Below are positions 26,801-36,361 of a stretch of 64,000 nt of DNA, piece by piece (the first letter of the stretch is position 1; every line of letters starts with the position of its first letter). Location: contig NC_135812.1 of the NCBI RefSeq assembly GCF_964213995.1, forward strand, positions 37,696,001 through 37,760,000, read 5' to 3'. The translations under genes were made by a program, and so were the position numbers. The notes below the pieces were generated by a model. That model made no database searches, was not told the DNA's origin, and saw only the letters and a list, made by a program, of their open reading frames with translations. Origin of the DNA: Mustelus asterias (taxonomy: Eukaryota).

Positions 26801-28590
26801 TCCTTGTGTAATATTTTAGATCTACATTACCCTTTGGGTTAAAAAGTTCCACCTGATTCTACTTCTTACTCCTAACTTCCTAATTTTTACTTGTGGCCCC
26901 TATGAATACTTTGTATGTTTTAGCTTTATCAATTTTTTGTGGATCTTGACAACATTAAAAAGTATTAAAAATATTCTGTATGAATAAGCAAAGTATGGAT
27001 CTTTTTAGTGCCAATTATGGTGTGCCCACCCCAATCTCCATCCCAGTGAAGATTCAAAGTAGATGGCTGCTGTACATAGCGGATCTTTCAACCACTGGGT
27101 TCTCTTTCAGAGTCTTTGAAGAGCAGTGATTTCTTAATTATAGTATGGACACACCCAGCTTGCTGATACAGATTTTGCTTTTCATGGAAATGAAGCCAGG
27201 ACAATGTGAAAACTATTAAAGATTGTAATTTCTGAAGTAAAATGCATAAGAGATATATTTTTTGAATACAAAGAGCTAAATAGACTAATCGATTTGTATG
27301 TTGAATATTTTTCTTTGTAATTCCATTTTGCTACTGTTTGTTTTTGGTCCAGGACATTACATTAAAAGTTTGCTTTGAGTGCAAGGAGTGTTGTGCAATG
27401 GAATGGAAACCAGCCAGAATGTTCTGGGACATGTGAACAGGCTCACACTTTCTCATAATAAGATTTGAATGGTAGTTAATTGAATTTTCCTAGGATATAA
27501 TAGGCAGTTCATTTTCAGTGTTGTAATGGACTTATGTCCTTGAGTTTTATACTGATAGTTCTGATTTGTAACTCAATTTTCTTCAATCAGTCTCAGAATA
27601 TACTGATGTAGGAGTGATTCTAAATGTGAGTTAGCTGTGTGAAAAGCCTTGATCATTATTGGACCAGTGAAGCAATAGGCATTGCATAAAGAAGGTCCAT
27701 GGACACAGTGTATTACATACCTGTGCATAGCAGCCAATATTGAAAATTAATTCAATACAGTCACTAGAAGTTTGTGCTTTAAATGGTTCATAAATGTAAA
27801 TAAGTTCCTTTCATAATTAAAAAAACTTTGTTAGCTTTATTGCAAATATTGTTCCTGGCTTTTACTGCTCAAATGAATTTGTTGAGGTAGTGAAGAGAAA
27901 TGTTAATAAGTTGTCACACTTTAGCAGTGTGACATTCCAAAGAAACATGATTTGAAGGTATATGTTGACCGTCAGATGGGGAATATTGCCTAGACTGCAT
28001 TCTAGTTACAGTGGCAGACATTACGTCAACATCAATTATCTAGCACTCAATTTTACAAAATGACTAGTTTGATTCTATTGCACAGCCCAAGTTTTAAACA
28101 ATAGATTTTCAGTTATGCATTTGGTTTTAATGTTTTTCATGTTGATATTTTCTTTTTAAAAATTTGAAAAGGTAAGCACCAGACTTGGCAATCGGAATAA
28201 GCACATGTGTGTATTTTTAAAGTATTTGTGTATTATGGTCATTTGCATACTCTGCTCCATTTAAGATAAAGCACTTAGTGAAAGTTATTTTCTGATATTT
28301 ACTGGGGCACCTTAGAATGGGTGCTAATACTTTTCTATTGCCTTCACTGCGTTATTGACTGTAAAATTTGCCTCTTATTCATGAACACTGAGACAAAAGC
28401 AAACAATGTATAAATCACTGGTGTGTGCCTCAGTGATAAATAACTGAAGATGCAAACCATAATGTCAAAAAATACTTTCTTACCTCAGAGGTTAAGTGTT
28501 GCCTTTCATATTGTAAAACCTGAATGACTATTTAGATTGTTATTAAAAATGCTTGTGAAAATAAAGTATTGCAATTGATTGAAAATAACA
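23808..28590 (+). other. BCL7B: Putative long BCL7B 3' UTR
   Basis: AT-rich and nearly repeat-free after the stop; ATTAAA near 28541 and AATAAA 28560-28565 followed by a T/GT-rich tract; proximal AATAAA at 25081 and near 25298. End point is inferred. Confidence 0.5.
24478..24910 (-). mobile_element. CR1 3' end inside putative BCL7B 3' UTR
   Basis: MLSRFGLYSLEL motif and CR1 tail. Confidence 0.85.
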
Positions 28591-29429
28591 TGTTTTTATT
28601 TTGACCTTTTATATTACAGGTGACTATAACATACCTGGCATATTTGTAGTTTAATAAAGCCCACCCATGCTCTCCCCTCTTCCCCACAAAACAAATAGGC
28701 AAGGTTAATGCGGAAGGTGCACTATACCTGGGATTTCAAACGGTGAGTGTGGACTCTTGACCAAAGTGGAATTAGAGGCTCATGTTTCAGAATGGCAGAA
28801 CGGGAATTTGTATTCCACTGGGACCAGCGCTTAAACCCATGTTTATTAATATACATAAATGCTTTTCACCAAGTTGAGGGTTTAGTTTATACTAATGGGG
28901 ACTGACAAAATACAAGAAAATATTAACTTCCAGAATGGGCCTGTAAATGGCAAATGATAGATGTGAAGTCTGAGGAATAAGCTCATCTACTTCTTGCTAA
29001 ATTAAAGTTAATGTGTTAGAAGTCTAAGATTATAAAGGAACTTGATAGGTACAGCAGATATTTTCATTTGTGGATATTATATTAATAGCCATTAATAATT
29101 CCATAATATGGAATGACAGCAACTTGACCAAGAACAACAAATTGCAAATTTATCAGTAAAATACAATCAAAAGTGTGAATCTAAAATCAAAACAGAAAGT
29201 GTTGGAAGAACTTCTCAGGTCCAGAAGCATCTGTGGAGACAGTAAGAATGAACATTTTGAATTCAATATGACTTCCTCAAAATTGAGAGGTAGAAATGTG
29301 ATGGCCTTTTTGCTGTCAAAAAAGGGGAGAGGGAGAGTTGGGGGCAAAAGGGACCTTTCGAGTCTGCTCTGCCATTCATTTTGATCATGGCTGATCATAT
29401 TCAATATCCCGATCCCCCCTCTCAGAGAA

Positions 29430-30338
29430 GTGTAAAAATAATAGGCTAATAATAGTAGGGGACTTCAACTTCCTCAATATTAATTGAGATAGTCAAAGTA
29501 TGAAAGGCCTAGAGGGAGCAGAACACTTAAAGCGCATCCAGGAGAGGTTCCTGATCCAGTACAAGAGAGGGGGCAGTTCTGGATCTAGTCTTAGGGAATT
29601 AAGTCAGGCAGATAGTAGAGGTGTCAGTGGGGGAGCATTTGGGTGATAGTGACCATAACTAGATAAAATTTAAGGTAGTTATGGAAAAGGACAAAGATGG
29701 ACTGGAAATAAGATTTCTGAATTGGGGAAGGTGGATTGTAATAGCATAAGCACAGTAAGAAGTCTCACAACACCAGGTTTATTTGTTAGCACAAGCTTTC
29801 GGAGTGTCACTCCTTCAGGTGAGTAGGAGTAGTGTTCACAAACGGCATATATAGACAAACTCAATTTACAAGATAATGGTTGGAATGCAAGTCTTTACAG
29901 ATAATCAAGTCTTAAAGGTACAGACAATGTGAGTGGAGGGAGGATTAAGCACAGGTTAAAGAGATGTGTATTGTACCTTTAAGACTTGATTACCTGTAAA
30001 GACTCGCATTCCAACCATTATCTTGTAAATTGAGTTTGTGTCTATATATGCCCTGTTTGTGAACACAACTCATTCATCTGAAGAAGAAGCAACGCTCCGA
30101 AAGCTTGTGCTACCAAATAAACCTGTTGGCCTTTAACCTGGTGTTGTGAGACTTCTTACAGTACTTACCCCAGTCCAATGCCAGCATCTCCACATCATGT
30201 AATAGGATAAGACAGGATCTGGCCAAAGTAGACTGGGAGCAGCTACCTGTAGGAAAATCCACATCAGAGCAGTGGGCATCATTCAAAAAGGAAATAGAGT
30301 ACATGTTCCCATAAAGGTAAAGGGTGAGACCAACAAGA
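29430..30338 (+). mobile_element. CR1 endonuclease-region fragment (resumes ~34385-34650)
   Basis: GDFNFLNIN, LDLVLGN, EHLGDSDHN motifs readable on the + strand. Confidence 0.8.
29751..30197. mobile_element. Penelope-like insertion made of inverted terminal-repeat copies
   Basis: ~170-190 nt inverted arms; flanked by TGTAATAG(C/G)ATAAG duplication; same family as 41185-41805. Confidence 0.85.
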
Positions 30339-30339
30339 T

Positions 30340-31197
30340 AAGGCTGAAGCATTCACAGCAATCTTCAGCCAGAAGTGGCGTGTGGATGATCCATCTCAGC
30401 CTCCTCCAGTGGGCCCCAATATCTCAGATGCCAGTCTCCAACCAATTCAATTCACTCCACACAATATCAAGAAATGGTTGGAGGCACTGGATGTTGCAAA
30501 GGCAGTGGGCCCTGATAGCATTCTGGCAATAGTACTGAAGACTTTGTGCCCCAGAATTTGCCGATCCCCTAGCCAAGCTCTTCCAGTACAGCTACAACAC
30601 TGGCATCTTCCCAATAATGTGGAAAATTGCCCAGGTATGTCCTGTGCACAGAGCAGGACAAATCCAACCCAGCCAATTACCACCCAATCAGTCTACTCTC
30701 GATCATCAGTAAAATGATGGAAGGAGTCAACAGTGCTATCAAGCAGCACCTGCTCAGCAATAACATGTTCAGTGATGCCCAGTTTGGGTTTTGCCAGGGT
30801 CACTCAGTTCCTGACCTTATTACAGCCTTGGTTCAAACATGGATGAAAGAGCTGAATTCCAGAGGTGAGGTGAAAGTGACAGCCCTTGACATCAAGGTCG
30901 CATTCGACCGAGTGTGGCATCAAGGAGCCTGAGCAAAACTGGAATCAATGGGTTCCAGGGGGCAAACTCCTCTGGTTGGAGTCATACCTGGTACATAGGA
31001 AGATGGTTGTGGTTGTGGAGCGTTAGTCATCTCAGCTCCAGGACATCTCTGCAGGAGTCCTTCAGGCTAATGTCCTAGGCCCAACTATCTTTGGCTGCTT
31101 CATCAAGGACCTTCCCTCCGTCATGAGGTCAGAAGTGGTGATATTCGTCGATTATTGCACAATGTTCTGCACCATTCGCGACTCCTCAGATACTGAG
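30340..31197 (+). mobile_element. LINE RT fragment of a second family (resumes 33650-34375)
   Basis: SNPANYHPISLLSIISKMME, AQFGFCQGHS, ALDIKVAFDRVWH. Confidence 0.88.
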
Positions 31198-31392
31198 GAG
31201 TCGTGAATGTTGCTTACATACAAGTGATCAAAATTCACGGTGCCAAAGAATTAAATTCAGACCTCCTCAGTGGAATTTGTTTTTGTTTAATGCAAGGACA
31301 TGAGATCTTTAGTAGAGTCACTCAGAAAAAGGCATCATCTAACTTTTAGCCTGAGCTTCATTGCCCATGTTCAAACAACATATCTGGACAAT

Positions 31393-33649
31393 AGAGTCAT
31401 AGAGGTTTACAGCATGGAAACAGGCCCTTTGGCCCAACTTGTCCATGCCGCCCTTTTTATTAAACCCCAAAGTTAGTCCCATTTGGCCCATATCCCTCTA
31501 TACCCATCTTTCTCATGTAACTGTCCAACTGCTTTTTAAAAGACAAAATTGTACTTGCCTCTATCTACTACTACCTCTAGCAGCTTGTTCCAGACACCAC
31601 CCCCCCCCCCCCCCCCCCCGGACACTTTTGTATCTCTCCCCTCTCACCTTAAATATATGCCCTCTAGGTTTAGACTCCCCTACCTTTGGGAAAAGATATT
31701 GACTATCTAGCTGATCTATGCCTCTCATTATTTTATAGACCGCTATAAAATCACCCCTCAGCCTTCTACGCTCCAGAGAAAAAAGTTCTAGTCTATCCAG
31801 CCTCTCATAACTCAAACCATCAAGTCCCAGTAGCATCCTAGTAAATCTTCTCTGCACTCTTTCTAGTTTAATACTATCCTTTCTATAATAGGGGGACCAG
31901 AACTGTACACAGTATTCCAAGTGTGGCCTTACCAATGTCTTGTACAACTTCAAGAAGACGTCCCAACTCCTGTATTCAATGTTCTGACCAATGAAACCAA
32001 GCATGCTGAATGCCTTCTTCATCACTCTGTCCACCTGTGACTCCATTTTCGAGGAGCTAGGAATCTGTACCCCTAGGTCTCTTTGTTCTGTAACTCTCCC
32101 CAACGCCCTACCATTAACTGAGTAAGTCCTGCCCTTACCTACCAAAATGCACACCTCGCATTTATCTAAATTAAACTCCATCTGCCATTCATCAGCCCAC
32201 TGGCCCAATTGATCAAGATAACTTTCTTCGCTGTCCACTATGCCACCAATCTTGGTATCAGCTGCAAACTTACGAACCATGTATCCTATATTCTCATCCA
32301 AATCATTAATATAAATGACAAATAACAGTGGCCCCAGCACTGATCCATGAGGCACACCACTGGTCACAGACCTTCAGTTTGAAAAACAACCCTCTACAAT
32401 CACCCTCTGGCTTCTGTCATCAAGCCAATTTTGTATTCATTTAGCTACCTCACCCTGGATCCTGTGAGATTTAACCTTATGCAACAACCTACTATGCGGT
32501 ACCTTGTCAAAGGCCTTGTCAAAATCCACGTAGACAACATCAACTGCACTGCCCTCATCTACCTTCTTGGTTACCCCCTCAAAAAACTATATCAAATTTG
32601 AGAGACATGATTTTCCACTCACAAAGCCATGGTAACTGTCCTTAATCAGTCCTTGCGTCTCTAAATGCCTGTAGATCCTGTCCCTCAAAATACCTTCCAA
32701 CAGCTTATCCACCACAGATGTGAGGCTCACTGGCCTACGGTTCCAAGGCTTTTCCCTGCAGCCCTTTTTAAACAAAGGCACAACATTTGCCACCCTCCAA
32801 TCTTCAGGCACCTCACCTGTGACTATCGATGATCCAAATATTTCTGCTAGGGGACCCGCAATTTCCTCCCAGAATGTCCTGGGATACACTTCATCAGGTC
32901 CCGGGGATTTATCTACCTTGATGCACTTTAGACTTCCAGCACCACCTCCTCTGTAATATGTACACTCCTCAAGATATCACTATTTATTTCCCCAATTCCC
33001 TAACATCCATGCTTTTCTCAACAGTAAATACTGATGAGAAATATTCATTTCGGATCTCACCCATCTCTTGTGGATCCGCACATAGATGACCTTGTTGATC
33101 CTTAAGAGGCCCTACTCTCTCCCTTGTTGCTCTTTTGCCCTTTATGTATTTGTAGAAGCTCTTTGGCTTCTCCTTTGTCTTATCTGCCAAAACAATCTCG
33201 TGTCCCCTTTTTGCCCTCCTGATTTCTCTCTTAACTCTACTCCTACACCCCCTATACTCTTCAAGGGATTCACTTGATCCCAGCTGCCTATGCATGTCAT
33301 GTGCCTCCTTTTCTTGACCAGGGCCTCAATATCCAGAGTCATCCAGGATTCCCTACTTCTGCCAGCCTTGCCTTTCACTCTAAGAGGAACGTGCTTACCC
33401 TATCGATGATTCAAATATCTCTGCTAGGGGACCCGCAATTTCCTCCCTAACACACTTTTGAAAGCCTCCTACTTACCAGACATCCCTCTGCCTTCCCACA
33501 GACTCCTCCAATTAACTTTTGAAAGTTCCTACCTGATACCATCAAAATTGGCCTTGCCCCAATTTAGAATTTTAACTTTTGGGCTAGACCTATCATTCTC
33601 CATAGCTATCTTAAAGCTAATAGAATTATGGTCACTGGTCCCAAAGTGA
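31393..33649 (-). mobile_element. Relatively young CR1 LINE, 5'-truncated
   Basis: 268-aa ORF SGVPHGSVLGPLLFVIYINDL...KFAADTK; WRVANVVPLFKKG; GTSDHNSISF. Confidence 0.95.
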
Positions 33650-34375
33650 TATCTAGGCTTGGGCTGACAAGTGGCATAACATTCGTGCCACACCAATGCC
33701 AGGCAATGACCATCACCAATAAGAGACACTCTAACTACTGTTCCTTGACGTTCAGTGGTGTTACCATCACGGAATCCCCCACTCTCAACATCTTTGGGGT
33801 TACCATTGACCAGAAACTCAACTGGACTCACCAAATAAACACAGTGGCTACAAGAGCAGGTCAGAGGCTAGAAATTCTGTGGCGAGTAACTCACCTCCTG
33901 AATCCCCAAATCCTATCTACAAGGCACAAGCCAGGAGTGTGATGGAATACTCCCCACTTGCCTGAATGTGCAGCTCCAACAAACATCCACTCCCTCCACC
34001 ACTGACACTCAATACACACTGCTGCTACTATTGACAAGATGCACTGCAGCAATTCACCAAAGATCCTTAGACAGCACCTTTCAAACCCACGACCACTTCT
34101 ACCTAAAAAAGGACAAGGGCAGCAAATACATGGGAACTCCACCACCTGGAAGTTTTCCTCCAAGCCACTCATGGTTCTGACTTGGAAATATATCGCCATT
34201 CCTTCACAGTCACTGGGTCAAAATCCTGGAATTCCCTCCCTTACGGCATTGTGGGTCAACCCACAGCACATGGACTGCAGCGATTCAAGAAGGCAGCTCA
34301 CCACCACCTTGTCAAGGACAACTAAGGATGGGCAATAAATGCTGGTCAGCCAGCGACACCGATGTCCCACGAATT
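33650..34375 (+). mobile_element. 3' part of the LINE begun at 30340
   Basis: LNIFGVTIDQKLNWTHQINTVATRAGQRL; tail ggatgggcaataaatgctgg. Confidence 0.85.
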
Positions 34376-35514
34376 AATTTTAAAAAGTTCAGAGAATCCT
34401 GAATGTCAAGGGTTATACAGCATTGGATAAGGAAAAAAAAGGATTATGGCAGATTTAGGGGGTTCAAATCAGTGGATGCCCTTGAGTATAGAAAGGGTAG
34501 GGGGTATTTAAAAAGAAATTAGGATAACGATGAAGGGGTATGAAAAAACACTGGCGGGCAAAATAAAGAAAAATCCCAATGTGTTTTATAAGTATATTAA
34601 GAAGGAGGGCCCATTGGAACAAAAGTGGCAACATGTGTGGGGCTGAAAGACATAAGGAGAAAAATGTCACTCTGTTTCAAAGAACAAAGAAAATTACAGC
34701 ACAGGGCCTTCGGCCCTCCAAGCCTGCACCAACCATCCTGCCCGACTTAACTAAAATCCGCTACCCTCCGAGGACCATATCCCTCTATTCCCATCCTATT
34801 CATGTACTTGTCAAGACGCCCTTAAAAGTCACTACCGTATCCGCTTCCACTACCTCCCCCGGCAACGAGTTCCAGACACCCACTACTCCGTGTAAAAAAT
34901 CCTGACAGCACTGTTTCATCCTGTTCTTGCCTCACTGAACTTATTTCTTCACTCTATTTCTTTTCCCCTTGTCCAGTCTCTTCCCATCTACGTTCATGAT
35001 TCTTCTGATGCCCGATGTCATTTCAACAATTTCCAGTTTCTTGGAAATTGTTGAATCCTAGGCCAGTGAGCGCTGTAGCATGCCTCAGAGACTGCTGCAC
35101 CAGACTGGGACTCCTGAGCCACATCAGGCGATGTTTAGCATGGAGTAACCATGCACCAAGGTCCAAACTATCATCTCACAAGATGGAGGCTGACAGAGTA
35201 AGAAATCAGTAAAGAATTCAGGAGCAACTCCTTTGGCCAGAGAGTATAATGAAAAATGTCGAGCTTGCTACCAATGAAGTCGTTAAGGTGACGAGCAAAA
35301 GTGCTTTTTAGAGGTAGCTTGATAATAGCAAAAGTATAGGATGTTATGCTGATAGAGTTAGATGCAATTGGGAGACTCTTGAGAAGTAATGAAAAGAGTT
35401 AGGCTGTAAATACTAAATGCTGTATTGAGATAGCCTGCCGAATGGCATGTAGAGTCCACTGGTATTCAAGGTCATCCAAGATTACTGGGCACCGCTTGGA
35501 CAATACAGAAAATA

Positions 35515-35685
35515 GAATAGAATCATAGAATCCCTACAGTGCAGAAGGAGGCCATTTGGCCCATCGATTCTGCACCGTCCACAATCCCATCCAGGCCCTA
35601 TTCCTGCAACCCCACATATTTACCCCGCTAATCCCCTGACAAGAGGATCAATTTAGCATAACCAACCGAACCCGCACATCTTTGG
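35515..35685 (-). mobile_element. HE1-type SINE 3' half
   Basis: atagaatccctacagtgcagaaggaggccatt tail. Confidence 0.85.
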
Positions 35686-36054
35686 GCTCACTTAATGGGA
35701 TAATTCTTTACTTTATCCTTGGGTTGTTTACTGCATGAGTCCCTCCAAGAAGGGGGTCTGGTTTAGATGATTTTGTATGGGTTGAGGATCGATACAAGAG
35801 GAGCCTAAGGAGAAGAAAGCTGAGCAATTGTGCAGCAAGAATTCAGCAGTGTCCCCAGTTACCAGACGGGGTTGTTTCTGATCAGAAAGCTTTAGGAGAT
35901 GGAGTGCCAGCCTCAGTGTTGCTGCACTGCTGCCTGGAGTCGGGCCCACCGAGGCTGGGGAGCAGGATGGCAATCGTTATGAACGGCTCCGTGGACTATC
36001 CCCAGCGGCCAGAAGAGTGTCTGTCCCACCGCCAGCAGGCCGGAGGCCTAGTCC

Positions 36055-36102
36055 GTCGCTATGGGAACCGCAGCCCCGCCCTTTCTCCGTTGCCGTGGTA
36101 AC
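36055..36102 (+). promoter_or_regulatory. MKS1 promoter: two RFX X-boxes flanking a GC box, in a CpG-rich segment
   Basis: GTCGCTATGGGAAC (36055-36068), CCCCGCCC (36074-36081), GTTGCCGTGGTAAC (36089-36102); fits X-box consensus GTNRCC/T-N-RGYAAC typical of ciliary genes. Confidence 0.85.
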
Positions 36103-36109
36103 CGGGGAA

Positions 36110-36161
36110 ATGGCGGATTGCAGCAGCGAGAGAGTGGAGGCGATTTACCGTTACCGAACCC
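36110..36161 (+). CDS. MKS1: MKS1 exon 1 (start codon; 3' part lost in assembly gap)
   Basis: gaaATGG Kozak context; MADCSSERVEAIYRYRTP vs recalled human [20 protein letters not shown]; runs into the N-gap. Confidence 0.85.
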
Positions 36162-36361
36162 NNNNNNNNNNNNNNNNNNNNNNNNNNNNNNNNNNNNNNN
36201 NNNNNNNNNNNNNNNNNNNNNNNNNNNNNNNNNNNNNNNNNNNNNNNNNNNNNNNNNNNNNNNNNNNNNNNNNNNNNNNNNNNNNNNNNNNNNNNNNNNN
36301 NNNNNNNNNNNNNNNNNNNNNNNNNNNNNNNNNNNNNNNNNNNNNNNNNNNNNNNNNNNNN
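36162..36361. other. Assembly gap (200 N)
   Basis: Run of N. Confidence 1.

Noticed and set aside
31561-32367. 268-aa reverse transcriptase ORF as a functional gene or retron-like system
   Set aside because: Fragment of a truncated CR1 with the catalytic ADD changed to AAD and neighbouring frameshifts.
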